A DNA stretch of 64,000 bases, taken from a virus. Lineage: Duplodnaviria > Caudoviricetes. Location: positions 1-64,000 of the IMG/VR virus record IMGVR_UViG_3300048502_000185; one strand, 5' to 3'. Both the position numbers and the translations under genes were made by a program. The notes under the pieces are model-generated. The model was not told where the DNA came from. It ran no database searches and saw only the letters and a program-made list of their open reading frames with translations. Below are positions 21,169 through 32,699 of this stretch, piece after piece. Each line of letters opens with the position of its first letter. Within the stretch, counting starts at the first letter, position 1.

Positions 21169-22061
21169 GGAAACTTAAACATTACGCTTTAAATTGTCAA
21201 GTGGGCTTGGTAAATATTTTTTGTCAAAATATTCATTGCCGCCCAAAGACATGAATTTTTCTACTCCATTAACTATGGAATAACTACCGACTGTTGGAAG
21301 TTTCGGGACACTACTCGGAAGATGAATTGCATAAGCATTAATCTCGCCAAGATATAAACACTCGGTATTGTCTTTTGAATTAATTTTCCTATCAGCAATC
21401 TCACGGTTTTCTTGTTCCCAAACCCTAATATAGAATTCGGCTTCTGTATCTCCACCTTCGGCAAGTTCAGTTAGCAAATCAAGTGATATTCTCATTTAGT
21501 TCCTTTCAGACAGTAATTACACGACGAGATGACATATACCAAGCAAGTATGTCTTGAATGGTATCTGGAGCGATGTAAACCGTTTTACCTGCTTGAGTAA
21601 TCTCAAGAATCGGTTCGCCGTTTCCGAAAGACTTATAGCCCTTCCAGTATTTTACAACAGAGACTTCTGGAGAAACCTCCGAACCGCCATCAAATATAGC
21701 ACTTTCACTGATAATTTTCATTAATATACCTTTATTAAAGAGGAACTTTTTTAGTTAGCAATCGTCCGAAGAAAGAAGTCTCACCAATCAATTTACCAGA
21801 TGGTCTTGTTATTTGCCCCTCGCCAAGCAACTTTACAGTTTCATCTTCGCCAATGATTGAAACCTTCTTTCCTTCTACAAGAAAGTCTCCAGCGGCAGTT
21901 TCAACAATGCAATTTTCTATTGCATTGGCTGGATTCATGGTCTCCTTATATTTATCAGTCGGGCGATAACTAACATAGTTCTTACGACGAACAATTACTA
22001 AATACCCTAACAAGACCGCTTCTTCAACAGACATTGAAACGAGATGATCCATTTGTAAATC

Positions 22062-22382
22062 CTAAACTTTGTTTGAGGTTAATACTCCTTGACTTTGATA
22101 TTTATCTTCACCCCAATAATTTTGTGGTTTAACCATTAAACATCCACAAATATGACAGTCTTGCGACTGGGGATAGATATTGCTCCAATATAAAGTAATC
22201 ATTGGATAATTGAAAACATCCACATTACTATCACGCTCGGCACAATATTTGCACCATACCACGAAACCATTCCCTGAACTCGGGAAAACTAAATACCCAA
22301 TATAATCTTTCATGAAAAATTGTGCAAGGAAACCCACGATTTTAATCGTGGGGAATTGCACCCTCTGTTTGGTATATTCCAA
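22062..22382 (-). CDS. Putative Zn-binding protein, tandem paralog 1
   Basis: VWCKYC...CHICG; similar to 22394..22678. Confidence 0.65.
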   Translation of the reverse strand: MEYTKQRVQFPTIKIVGFLAQFFMKDYIGYLVFPSSGNGFVVWCKYCAERDSNVDVFNYPMITLYWSNIYPQSQDCHICGCLMVKPQNYWGEDKYQSQGVLTSNKV

Positions 22383-22393
22383 AGCCCACGATT

Positions 22394-22678
22394 TTAATCA
22401 TGGGTTATTGACTTTACCTCTGGTAAAGGTGGAATAGAATTTGGATATAATTGAAACTCGTTTGGAGATTGTGGCTCTACCATTACTGAATGGCACATAT
22501 GACATTTTTGCCCATAAGGGAAAATATTCCCACGATACAAAGACACGTAGTTATGTGCTAACTCCTGTTGAAGTTGATTAGTTTGACAATTCTTGCACCA
22601 AACAAATAATCCAGTTTGGGTTAGCAACGGTACCGCATATCCTACCAAATCAGTGTCTGAAATAATATCTGTATCCAT
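22394..22678 (-). CDS. Putative Zn-binding protein, tandem paralog 2
   Basis: VWCKNC...CHMCH. Confidence 0.65.
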   Translation of the reverse strand: MDTDIISDTDLVGYAVPLLTQTGLFVWCKNCQTNQLQQELAHNYVSLYRGNIFPYGQKCHMCHSVMVEPQSPNEFQLYPNSIPPLPEVKSITHD

Positions 22679-22958
22679 AATCTTATTCCCTTCTACAAAT
22701 TAGAATTTACTACACATAACACTATATAGTGTGTTCCAAATGGAAACGGCTAATTAAAAATGCATCTGTTCTATTACAGAATATGTAAATGTAATTACAA
22801 TTATCAAAAGAAAAATTGACCACCATAACCAAGCAAAAGCTTTGCTTCTCATTTTAGATTCAGGAATTATTTTAATAAATAGGTTATAAGGATCTTTAAA
22901 ATTTTTGAAACCTTCTGGCTCTTTTTGATAGTCTGGTCTAAAATCACTTGGAATGAAC

Positions 22959-23303
22959 TTATTCATTCGTTTTAGTCAAATACTTTTTGCGTAATTCAAT
23001 TCCAATGACCATAACTTCATTGATGGTCAATTTATCTTCATCATCAAAGGCTCCGATGAAGTCCCACATATCGTTTGCCGAGACTTCGAAACCTAACTTT
23101 TCAGAAACGGCTTTCTCATATTTACGAGAGAATGCCATTTCAAACTTAGTCGGTAGTTCGGGTTCATTAACCAAACAAGCAATTGGGCATAAGCATTTGC
23201 CGTAACCAAAACTGCCAGAGATAAGTTTCCCACCGTTTGCCAAATGAGCCTCAATAGCAAGACTTAACTGGGTCTTAAAAGTTTCAAGTTGTTCTTTGTC
23301 CAT
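22959..23303 (-). CDS. Hypothetical protein
   Basis: 114-aa ORF with CLCPIAC motif. Confidence 0.55.
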   Translation of the reverse strand: MDKEQLETFKTQLSLAIEAHLANGGKLISGSFGYGKCLCPIACLVNEPELPTKFEMAFSRKYEKAVSEKLGFEVSANDMWDFIGAFDDEDKLTINEVMVIGIELRKKYLTKTNE

Positions 23304-23320
23304 TTTATTTTTCCTAATTG

Positions 23321-23713
23321 TTAAAGTTTATTGCCACATCTCCAACACATAACTTCACTCAGCGAACATCTTTCATTTTTACAGGTAGGACAAATATGAT
23401 TGTTTATTATAGCAGAAGGCAATCGATCGCCAATCCAAACTGGCTTTTCCCAACAATCACAATTAGTTTGCAATCCTTCCGTAAGAATAGAAAAACTATT
23501 TGCCATAGCCCAAATCTGGTAATCAGTTGTAAAATCATCCCATTTTACATAAAATTGACCATCGTCCCTGATGTTATGAACATGACCAGTCTTGCCATAT
23601 CTTGGGAAAGATATCGGTGAGGTATTGAAAATACATCTCACACGCACACCTAATTGAATTTGACTATCAGTGGCTGGCGGGTCTGTAAAATACATTGTAG
23701 TAGAATTACTCAT
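23321..23713 (-). CDS. SH3-like plus C-terminal Zn-ribbon protein
   Basis: GVRVR...GHV...VKWDD; CPTC...CWRCG. Confidence 0.55.
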   Translation of the reverse strand: MSNSTTMYFTDPPATDSQIQLGVRVRCIFNTSPISFPRYGKTGHVHNIRDDGQFYVKWDDFTTDYQIWAMANSFSILTEGLQTNCDCWEKPVWIGDRLPSAIINNHICPTCKNERCSLSEVMCWRCGNKL

Positions 23714-24575
23714 TTAAGCAAATCCTTTTTCAATTGCCCAAAAACCTATTTTGCTACCATTAGAATCTAATATATCATGATCTTCTTCCTCAATGGATGA
23801 AGATTCCTCTTCCATTAAAGAAGAAGCCGAAGTAATTAGAATTTGTGCAATAGCACCATAAGATGAAACTGATTCATCACCAACGTTTATTTTAAGAATG
23901 AATCTCATAAATCCTATCCACATGATTCCATGCACGTTTCATTATAACAACTTGGAACGGTCCAAGTGGAATCCACGCCTGACGCCACACAAAAAAGCAG
24001 AATCTATCCAGCGAACTGGAATAGATTCTGCTCATTCGATTAAACATCCGCATCCATTAGTTCAGACGAAGACCTCTTGCCACGCAGGAAGTATAGATCT
24101 CCCCGAACAACAATCGTATATTCCTGACCTGAGCGCAAGAACTTCTTGCTTGGTGCAATTTCAATAGAGATTAGGCGCACAACATCGCTACGACGAGCAA
24201 TTGACTGCTCAAGGGCCAGTTTCTTTTCATCTACTTCAGTTGACGCAAGATCGTAATTACCAATGAGTTCTTTTAGATTCGACATGATACACTTCCTTTA
24301 TTTTTCAAATTAGCACAACATTGTGCGTGCCACGTCAGAGCATGGCTTCATCTATGAACCTTGTCAAGACCCGATGGGAACCTAAGTCAGGGTAATCATT
24401 AAATGATAAGGCCAAATTGAAACTGTTAATCGTTTCAAAAAGATTGAATTATTATTAGCATCATGAATTCTAAATCTTCTTGATCCAAAATAATAATACT
24501 TAATATTCTTATGTGGTCCTACTTTTAGTTCTCCTCCTCCCAACCATAACCTTAATTCTAAATGCATTTTATCCT

Positions 24576-24914
24576 CTATTTGATCTCTTCTCCATCTTCA
24601 GAAGGGAGATATATAATTCTTTGTCCTTCATCATCAAACTCAAAATCATACACAATATCAAACTCTGCCTGAGACATATTGGATATATCTAATAAAGATT
24701 GTTCTAATTCTTCTTTAAAAGAATTAGAAACACAATCTAATGAGTTTGCTGGACCAGTTTCTCTATCTTTCGATCTTTTAGAAAGATCATAAGTTGACTT
24801 CTTAGAAACTTCTATTACTAAATCTTCTACAATTTTTTCTACATAATTCACTGCTTCTGAATAAGAAGCCGCTGGAATGGTAATGATGCATGCTACCTGA
24901 TACTTTTTAGACAT
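24576..24914 (-). CDS. Hypothetical acidic protein
   Basis: 112-aa co-oriented ORF. Confidence 0.55.
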   Translation of the reverse strand: MSKKYQVACIITIPAASYSEAVNYVEKIVEDLVIEVSKKSTYDLSKRSKDRETGPANSLDCVSNSFKEELEQSLLDISNMSQAEFDIVYDFEFDDEGQRIIYLPSEDGEEIK

Positions 24915-24948
24915 TTTAACTCCTTGTTTATATGTTTGAACTTTCTAT

Positions 24949-25362
24949 TCAGCTGGCGGTTGCTCCTACTCCTCGGGCTTCACTGAGGACACGATCGGCT
25001 TCCCCACTCCTTAGCAGGTCAAGAGGCGAACGGTTCTCGAACACCTTCGTCGGCGTTGTGAGCCATCGTGCTTGAGCAAGATGCCCAATCGCCAGCGCTT
25101 GCAATACCTTCGGCAGTCCTGCGACGATTCCATCGGCACCGTTCGCATCGAATTGCCATGAAGGAAACCATAGTTGGTTTTCGTCTTCAATGGCCAACAA
25201 TGTTTTTTGTAAGGCCCGATCCTGCACTGCCTGTAGCGAGACATTCAATAGCAACGCGACATCTGGCGATGTTAGAGCTCCAACAAGTAGGCTCTTTCGT
25301 TCACTGGCAGAAGCTGCAAGAACACGCTTTCGAATCTTGTCATCGTAAATAGACATAATCAA
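24949..25362 (-). CDS. HTH plus Xre/MbcA/ParS-type C-terminal domain (orphan antitoxin-like)
   Basis: LTSPDVALLLNVSLQAV HTH; FPSWQFD; ARWLTTP...SPLDLLRSGEADRV; more GC-rich than neighbours. Confidence 0.7.
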   Translation of the reverse strand: MIMSIYDDKIRKRVLAASASERKSLLVGALTSPDVALLLNVSLQAVQDRALQKTLLAIEDENQLWFPSWQFDANGADGIVAGLPKVLQALAIGHLAQARWLTTPTKVFENRSPLDLLRSGEADRVLSEARGVGATAS

Positions 25363-25523
25363 TTATTCCAGTCTTCAGGAACGAATCCACCAGCAAGTAG
25401 CCAATTATCTAAATCTTTGACCTTATATGCTAATTCAACGCCATCCGTCTCATTAGAACCCCTATCAGCAATAATCTTTTTGATTAGTGCTCGAATGTCT
25501 TTCAATGCCTGATCTGGATCCAT
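25359..25523 (-). CDS. Small phage protein (MDP...LDxWL..GGFxP..W type), below the ORF-track cutoff
   Basis: Manual translation MDPDQALKDIRALIKK...DLDNWLLAGGFVPEDWNN*. Confidence 0.6.
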   Translation of the reverse strand: MDPDQALKDIRALIKKIIADRGSNETDGVELAYKVKDLDNWLLAGGFVPEDWNN

Positions 25524-26095
25524 TTAATTGCTCGACTTTGAGACACTGCCAGTCTTAACAACTTCAGCAGAAGATTTAACAAAAATAGTTAGCTTCTCGC
25601 TGTTTGGATGCTGATCCAACAATGCTTGCATCAAACTTCTCTTGAACATGAAAACATGTCCATCAGAAACAGTGGCACAAACAATTCCTTGTGAATCAGA
25701 TAGTGCCGCCAAGTACGCCGCTTCACCTTCATTAACTTTGTCGTTGCTCATATTAATTCCTTTAATCTTTCTTTTCATTGTAAATTGAACTGCAATAATT
25801 TGTAGTAGCGTCTTCAATTGAGACTTCGTAATATTCATCGATGAACGAATCATCGAGGTTTCTTTCTTCGCCAAGCGAGCACCACACCCACAAAACCATT
25901 TTTGGATTACCTACATCAAAATATGCAATGAGATCTTGTGTGTCTTGATCTTCGCTCATGCTCATGATGCCGCCAACAATAAACTTTATATCAGGACATC
26001 GATAATATTGTACTTTATTTTCGTCTTCAATCAGACGTGCAGTATCAGGAAGCCTTTTGCGAATATCATCCATGCTATGGAATATAGTCGTCATA

Positions 26096-26668
26096 TTATA
26101 TTGATTCCTTTTTGTTAAAAGTATTCTTTGATACGATTTTGTTTTTCTTTTTACAATTTAAAATTGCCAGATCACCACTCCAAGTCAGCCGGTAATCTTT
26201 TATTCTTTGACCCACGGGCCAATTTTCATTGATATGAATGATTCCCTCTTTTGAGTCAATATAATAATTTTTGCGACAAAAAGAATAATGATATTCTGTA
26301 TTATCTTCGTCTGATAATTTACGAACATATACCTTGGGAAGGTCTGATAATTTACGAACCAATACTTTAGGAAACATCTCCTCTGTAATATCTGCATAAC
26401 AATTATTCTTAATTTTATATTTGAATTGTGTAGCAGTTATGTCGTAAATATATTCACTGCTTTCTACCCAACAATGTCCAGCACCAATTATGAACTTGGC
26501 TTGTATGTTTCTTTTACCTGCTTCTTTAACAAGTAGCCAAGAACCAATAGCACAGCCACCTTCTAAATTATGCCAGATCCAGTTTTTATCGGATGACTTT
26601 GCGAAAACTCGCATAGCGTCATGTATTTGTTCGCCCAATTTAATTAGATCAATATTCGGTTTCATCAC
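26096..26668 (-). CDS. Hypothetical protein
   Basis: 190 aa; GGCAIGS...GHCWV...DITATQF. Confidence 0.6.
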   Translation of the reverse strand: MMKPNIDLIKLGEQIHDAMRVFAKSSDKNWIWHNLEGGCAIGSWLLVKEAGKRNIQAKFIIGAGHCWVESSEYIYDITATQFKYKIKNNCYADITEEMFPKVLVRKLSDLPKVYVRKLSDEDNTEYHYSFCRKNYYIDSKEGIIHINENWPVGQRIKDYRLTWSGDLAILNCKKKNKIVSKNTFNKKESI

Positions 26669-26677
26669 AAACTCGTT

Positions 26678-26866
26678 TCAAAGTTGAAAACCTACTGAGG
26701 TAAGGAAAGTATTAATCAATTCTTTCAATTTTACAGCGTCATCATGATCCTCCTGATCAGTTGATTGATCTTCGGCATAATCAGCAAGAGCAAAAAGCAA
26801 AACATAAATTTGACGTTCCGTCAAGTTCACTTTGACTTCAAACAAATCATTATTTTTATTATTCAT
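26678..26866 (-). CDS. Small protein, paralog of 26889..27161 and 15037..15237
   Basis: Shared V.LTE.Q/E...L..A motif. Confidence 0.55.
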   Translation of the reverse strand: MNNKNNDLFEVKVNLTERQIYVLLFALADYAEDQSTDQEDHDDAVKLKELINTFLTSVGFQL

Positions 26867-26888
26867 AATATACCTAAATGGACAAAAA

Positions 26889-27161
26889 TTAACGCGTCAA
26901 AAAATAATCCCCATATGTTTCTTTCAAAGCGGCATAAAATAAATCTTTTAATTCTTTTACACCATTAAAGCCAGCCAAATCAACCGATTGATTAGCGATA
27001 TAGGCATCAATAGCATACTTCAAATCGAAGACTTGAGATTCCGTCAATTGTAAATAAACTTCATATTTTTTAGCCAAATCTAAATTATATTGCCTTGCTT
27101 TAACCTTAGGCAATGAGGGTTTCTTACTAACGACATTTTTTGATTTATTTTTCATAACCAA
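26889..27161 (-). CDS. Small protein, paralog of 26678..26866
   Basis: YEVYLQLTESQV...NQS vs FEVKVNLTERQI...DQS. Confidence 0.55.
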   Translation of the reverse strand: MVMKNKSKNVVSKKPSLPKVKARQYNLDLAKKYEVYLQLTESQVFDLKYAIDAYIANQSVDLAGFNGVKELKDLFYAALKETYGDYFLTR

Positions 27162-27605
27162 CCTAAATTAGTAATAGTGACCGATGGGAAGGCTACCAAT
27201 TACCGCGCAAAATATAAAGACTTCTGCCCTTATACAATCCTGACAAAACGGCTATGTGATCAACATAATCATTATCGTGAGTTAAATATACTTTGGTCCC
27301 ATGACGGAGTAAGGCGAAACCAACTTCCGCAAGACATTGCTTTTCAGACTCGCCAGTTCCCCTGATACATACAAGAAAATCTGTAATTTGACTGCCAGTG
27401 AAAGCCCGTGTGTTTTGCTCCAAAACCAATTCATCCGCACTGGCAGTGATAGTACTGCTCATAATAGCAAGGACACAACCAATTAGAATACTTTTCATTT
27501 ACCACCTACTTAATACATTTGGATAAATGTAGCTAAAAACTATTACTGATAAGGCCATCAAATCCAATAACCCAAATAAAATGGTATAAAAAATTAAAAC
27601 ACTTT

Positions 27606-27947
27606 TCACTTGGAGTCTTCCCAGCATTGGGCAAACAATGTTTGATAGTCGCCAGACTTGCTAAGGTCGCTGTTTTGAATATTCTTATAGCACACCAAAG
27701 CCCTCGCTTCCATCGAATGGAGCTTCTGATAGCTCCAAGAGCCCGTGGCAGACAGCGCCTGAATAGTATCAACGCTGGCTTGCCAGAAGGCACTTGCAGC
27801 CACTTCCGCCTTGTCAGTGGTACACTCGGAGCGCAAGTCTTGCGCATGCGTTTGCTCGTCAGCCATCTGCGCGTGCATGGATGGATTAGCGGCACAACCA
27901 GTGCCTAACATTAGGATACCGACAAAAGATAAAGTTGTAAATTGCAT
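27606..27947 (-). CDS. Lipoprotein, tandem paralog 1
   Basis: LGTGC lipobox; VCYKNI...QC. Confidence 0.65.
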   Translation of the reverse strand: MQFTTLSFVGILMLGTGCAANPSMHAQMADEQTHAQDLRSECTTDKAEVAASAFWQASVDTIQALSATGSWSYQKLHSMEARALVCYKNIQNSDLSKSGDYQTLFAQCWEDSK

Positions 27948-27981
27948 GTATTTATTCCTTGTTATAATATATGTTTGATTG

Positions 27982-28359
27982 TTAATTAGTAAGAATTAGT
28001 TCCAACTTATCTACACATTGAGAGGCAATATTCTTGTAGTCCTGAGTGAATTGAATATTGCTCACCACGATGTTATCGTAGCAAACGCGAAACTTGCTCA
28101 ATGTAATTTTAGGAGATAAGTCCCTTTTATTGGAAATCCAATCCCATGCAACATCTGCTGATTGCATGGTATTCCTTTCAAAGTTCCAATATGAGCGCTG
28201 GTCTTCTTCAAATTTATTTGCGGCTACTTGCTCTTGTCGCCATTCAGCATTTGTTGGAAACTTTTCAGTTTTTGGATGCGATGCAACAGGTGCTTGTGTT
28301 GTCGCACAACCAGAAACAGCAATCAAAATACTACCCAAAGAAAATACAATTGACTTCAT
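27982..28359 (-). CDS. Lipoprotein, tandem paralog 2
   Basis: VSGC lipobox; VCYDNI...QC. Confidence 0.65.
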   Translation of the reverse strand: MKSIVFSLGSILIAVSGCATTQAPVASHPKTEKFPTNAEWRQEQVAANKFEEDQRSYWNFERNTMQSADVAWDWISNKRDLSPKITLSKFRVCYDNIVVSNIQFTQDYKNIASQCVDKLELILTN

Positions 28360-29071
28360 TTTAACTTTCCAACTCCTTTATTAGCAAGACATAAACATCA
28401 TTCCAATTGAGCGAATCTCAATAAGACTTTCAAAATCTAAAAGTGCAACGCTTTTGCTTCAAAGCCACGCTCTTTAAGATCTTCAAAAACAGATTCTACT
28501 GACCTTTCAGAACCCCACACGCTATCTCCCAGCTCTTCAAAATCTGATGGAAGAATATGTGCAATTTGAGGAGTTTGATCATTCAGACATTGATTCTCAT
28601 CATAGAAAGTTTTTTCTACAATACAAATATACACACTGTAATCTACATCACTTTCATCCACATAAACATGAAAATAATAATCTTGTGGCTTTGCTTCAGC
28701 AATTGCATTAGACATTATATTTTCCTTTCACAGACCTCTAAAATCACCATTAACAGAAGACCACTGCTTGAAAACTTCTGGTGAATGACGTCCATTACCA
28801 TTCCTAACAAGTAGGATCGAATCAATCTCTTCTGGTTCCAAACGAGATTCTTCCTTCATATAAGCAAAGACAGTTGCAAGCCTTGCGTTAAAAACAGGGC
28901 GAACAATAATAGTAGTCAAATCAGAACCCGATGGTAAACCAACAATAATTGCAGTAAACATTTTAATGTCCTAAATAAAGTGTTGAATGATATGCTAACG
29001 ATATGATTATCGAAAGCGACTGACTAAAACTAAAAGAACAAGAACGAAACAAATATAAGCGGCTATACTAA

Positions 29072-29269
29072 TCATGCTGGAGAAACATCCTCGGCACGAA
29101 AAGCCGTGCCAATATAATTAAGTGGACGTCTACCAACTAACTTGATACAATAAGATTGAACAGTATCAAATGTTGGTGGAGACATTCGCTTGGATATGAC
29201 TATGCCATAGCCAAGCGTTGTGATGACACGATCACCAGTTTGGAATATCTTTCTCATGTTAGATTCCAC
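29072..29269 (-). CDS. Small SH3-like protein, paralog of 58911..59115
   Basis: FQTGDRVITTLGYG. Confidence 0.6.
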   Translation of the reverse strand: MESNMRKIFQTGDRVITTLGYGIVISKRMSPPTFDTVQSYCIKLVGRRPLNYIGTAFRAEDVSPA

Positions 29270-29272
29270 GAA

Positions 29273-29974
29273 TTAGTTAATCTCTTGCACACAGGTATAG
29301 CCGGGATAGGAGGTACTTGAGACGCCACCTTCTGGAGTTGGATTGCAGGAATAACCAGCCTGGATACAAACGCCGGGGCTACCTCCACAATACAAACCGC
29401 CAGAACAATACCCAGCTCCTTGATACTCAAAAGCAGGATCATTGCTGCAAGGTTGATCCTCAAGAATAGGAATTAGACATTCATACATACTATTTTGATT
29501 AGAATAAACGCAGTTATATCCTTTTTGGCAGGAAGAACTTGCATCACTTGCACCAGCATCAGAAGAAACTGGCGGAATACAAACAGGTGGAGAAGTTCCC
29601 GCTTCAACATCAGTTTGCCAAACAGCAAGAACCGGAGCAGCATCGACAACAACATCGGCAACAACATCGGCAACAGCAGCATCAACAACGTCCGTTGTAT
29701 TAGCGGCGTCAAAAACATCAGAAGTCAAAGCAGCATCAGTGCTATCAGCGGCTTCAACAATATCAGAAGCTTCTGCAACCACACTCGCTTCTACGGGCGT
29801 GATTATAGTTCCTGAGTCTGGAATATCGCCAGAATCTACAGATTCTCCATTAGCGCCAGATTCTCCGTTAGTGCCATCAACGCCATTTTTTCCGTCATGG
29901 CCTTGTCCTGGGAAAAGCGAGCAACCAGATGATGCGATCATTATTGATATCAGAGTTGCATATTTAATATTCAT
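29273..29974 (-). CDS. Lipoprotein of the IMIASSxC-LFPG family, acidic DAA stalk plus Cys-rich head
   Basis: MNIKYATLISIMIASSGCSLFPG; same leader as 6046..7590, 38191..39372 and 39984..40973. Confidence 0.8.
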   Translation of the reverse strand: MNIKYATLISIMIASSGCSLFPGQGHDGKNGVDGTNGESGANGESVDSGDIPDSGTIITPVEASVVAEASDIVEAADSTDAALTSDVFDAANTTDVVDAAVADVVADVVVDAAPVLAVWQTDVEAGTSPPVCIPPVSSDAGASDASSSCQKGYNCVYSNQNSMYECLIPILEDQPCSNDPAFEYQGAGYCSGGLYCGGSPGVCIQAGYSCNPTPEGGVSSTSYPGYTCVQEIN

Positions 29975-30174
29975 TTTGAATTTTCTTATGATAGTTATGG
30001 GTTTAGATACAGTCCTACAATTATTGGCATTTTATTTTGGCAACGCCATAACCAAGCAGTTATTTTCACCTCTACATCTTAGAAAGAGCACGACCCGATG
30101 GGACAGAAAATATGTCGATATTCGCTTAAAATTCAGCCAATCGCTGATATATTATCAGACGGAGGAAAGTTATC

Positions 30175-30871
30175 ATGAAGAAAATTTGTAAGGTAGAAGG
30201 TTGTCAGAAAAAACATTATAGTCTGGGGTATTGTCAAAATCATTTTAGGAACTTCAAAAATAGCGGAGACCCAATTTGGCATGGATATCCAAAATTATCT
30301 TGTAAGGTACAAGGCTGTGCAAGAAAATATAAGGGGCTTGGATATTGTGAGCCACATCTTGATAGATTCAAGAATCACGGCGACCCGCTTGCAGATCAAA
30401 GCATCAAAATTATGAACCAATTTTCAGTTTGCACAATAACAGATTGTTATAAAGAACATTATTCCTTTGGTCTTTGTCAAGCCCATTATGAACTTCAGAA
30501 ACGAAACGGTGATCCAAATATCAGACAAAAAGCAAAAAATGGAGAAGGTAGGTTGGATGCCAAAGGCTATAAACTATTTAAAAAAAAATGGTATTACTTA
30601 TAGAGAACACCGATATGTTATGGAACAGCATATTGGACGAAAATTATTACCATTAGAAAATGTTCATCACAAAAATGGCGTTCGCGACGATAATAGAATT
30701 GAAAATTTAGAACTATGGACTAAAGTTCAGCCGTGCGGAAAACGCCCAAAAGATTTGATTGTCTATGCCAAAGAGATATTCGCCCAATATATGAAACCAG
30801 AAGATTTGGTTTCTTATGCAAAAGCATTACTTGCTAATCATGCATATGAAGAAGACGACCATCTTTGGTAA
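30175..30871 (+). CDS. HNH endonuclease with three N-terminal CxxxxC...CxxH repeats; +1 shift in an A9 run at about 30580
   Basis: EHRYVME...[19 protein letters not shown]; removing one A joins ORFs 30175..30603 and 30467..30871. Confidence 0.85.
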
Positions 30872-30984
30872 GACACTATCTTAGTGAAAATTATGTTGGT
30901 GTTTTCTATTGGAGAACCACCGAACCAAGCAGCCCTATTTTTTTGACTGCCACATCCTATGTTCAGACACACGCACCGATGGGA

Positions 30985-31590
30985 CTATCCACCTGAGAAC
31001 ACTGATTTAGTCTGCTTTGCCTTGACGCCCCAACTAATCGAAGAATTGCTAACGCCCATCTTCTTCATGAACGGGCTCTTACCAGCCTTCAAAATTCGGG
31101 CAAGTGCATCTTGCCTTAAAACGACCTCTGCCATATACTCGCCCTTGATGATAATCTTGGTGGAAAGCAACACGCCAAAGTAATCAGAGGCAGACGAACC
31201 GTCCGCAAGTTGCCGATCCAAGAAGCGCATACCGTCCTGGGGCATATCAAAAGGCTTCTCAATGACAAGATTGCCATCGGCAGAATAAATTGATGCCACA
31301 TAATTCTTTGGAACCTTGTTGGTTTCTTTTGCTTTGTCAGCAAGAATCTTTGCTTCTGCTTTCTTAACTTCATTTTGAATCTGGTAGGAGAGAACAGCGG
31401 CTTTGATGTCTGAAAGAGCGGGGGTGGGCAAAAGTTCGCGAGCATCAAACCGATTGACTATTGAACCAACGACACCGAACATCTCATCATTCATGAGGAA
31501 TGATCTGTGATTGTTAATAAACTCCGAGGCAGAATTTGCTGCCTTGGTTCCAGCCTTGAAAAGAAACTTTTTTACTGACATATTCGACAT
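30985..31590 (-). CDS. Hypothetical phage protein
   Basis: 201-aa ORF with GGAG SD. Confidence 0.65.
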   Translation of the reverse strand: MSNMSVKKFLFKAGTKAANSASEFINNHRSFLMNDEMFGVVGSIVNRFDARELLPTPALSDIKAAVLSYQIQNEVKKAEAKILADKAKETNKVPKNYVASIYSADGNLVIEKPFDMPQDGMRFLDRQLADGSSASDYFGVLLSTKIIIKGEYMAEVVLRQDALARILKAGKSPFMKKMGVSNSSISWGVKAKQTKSVFSGG

Positions 31591-31804
31591 TTGTGGTCTC
31601 CTAAATTGTAAGAGGTACTGCTTGACTACTGATTGGAAGTTCGAACCCGATGGGAACCTTATCGTTTATTTTTCTTGCTAATCTTTATATTTTTTAGATT
31701 GGCTCTGGTTGACTTCAAAGCGGTTTCCAAAAATTGATCAGTCTCTTTTTTTGAGAATTCGCACATAGTAAAAAAATCAAAATTATCTAATTCAGATGTC
31801 TTTT

Positions 31805-32209
31805 TCATTTTGCCGCTCGCATCCGAAGATATTGCATGCCATTATACTCGTCTGGCTTGATATGACCATGCTTCTCCAACCACTGGACATTCCCACAAAC
31901 AATCACACAAAGATTGGCTCGGGCTCGATGAGATTGAAACTCAAGTGGTGTTGTATTTGCCCAGTCGATTACTTCCTGCATTTGCCCAAAAGCAAATTCT
32001 GGTGTCATCGGATTGCCTGGTTCATCGTAATGCTTAATCATCTCCTCAATGGCTTCGGAAAACTTATCGAGATTCATATCTTCTGGCGTAAGGCAAAGTG
32101 CGATGCCGTCAGTAGTATCGGACTTGTAGAATGCTGACATTCTAACCAAACCCGTTTGGATATTGTTGGAGTTATTTGATTTATTTGCCCTGCGTTGATG
32201 TCTGTTCAT
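31805..32209 (-). CDS. Hypothetical protein with N-terminal MNRHQRR motif
   Basis: 134-aa co-oriented ORF. Confidence 0.6.
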   Translation of the reverse strand: MNRHQRRANKSNNSNNIQTGLVRMSAFYKSDTTDGIALCLTPEDMNLDKFSEAIEEMIKHYDEPGNPMTPEFAFGQMQEVIDWANTTPLEFQSHRARANLCVIVCGNVQWLEKHGHIKPDEYNGMQYLRMRAAK

Positions 32210-32699
32210 TTTAGTTCTCGTTGTTTGGGCTGAGCGATGTTGCCCGAGCCATATACTTAGGATCAGTAGTCGCCACGATGGGAACTAAAAAGACTATCTC
32301 GACGAAGACAGCTTCGTATGAATCTTGCCACCAATTCGCCCAATGGCACTGGTCAATCGCATTTGTGCCAGATAAATCGATTCTCGCTGCTGACCAATCA
32401 TTGCATAGCCCATTGCGAATTCAAGCGCCAATTTAGCCTGCTCCAAATCGGCTTTCAAGTCTCTAACCCGTTCGTCTGATACTTTGAGCTTATCCATTAA
32501 ATTGATTCCAATTCTGCCATTGTGCAGGATTGCACAGTAGTGGTTCCCTTGTCGCATTCCGCGCATGGATTATTATCACCCAATTTAGATGGGCTATAAA
32601 CGGCAAACCTTATTCCACAATTAGCACATTCCCATTTGAGGTTTCGTAGTGGCCTAACAACTTTATTTTTCAAAATATTTATTCCTTAATCCTGTTCAA

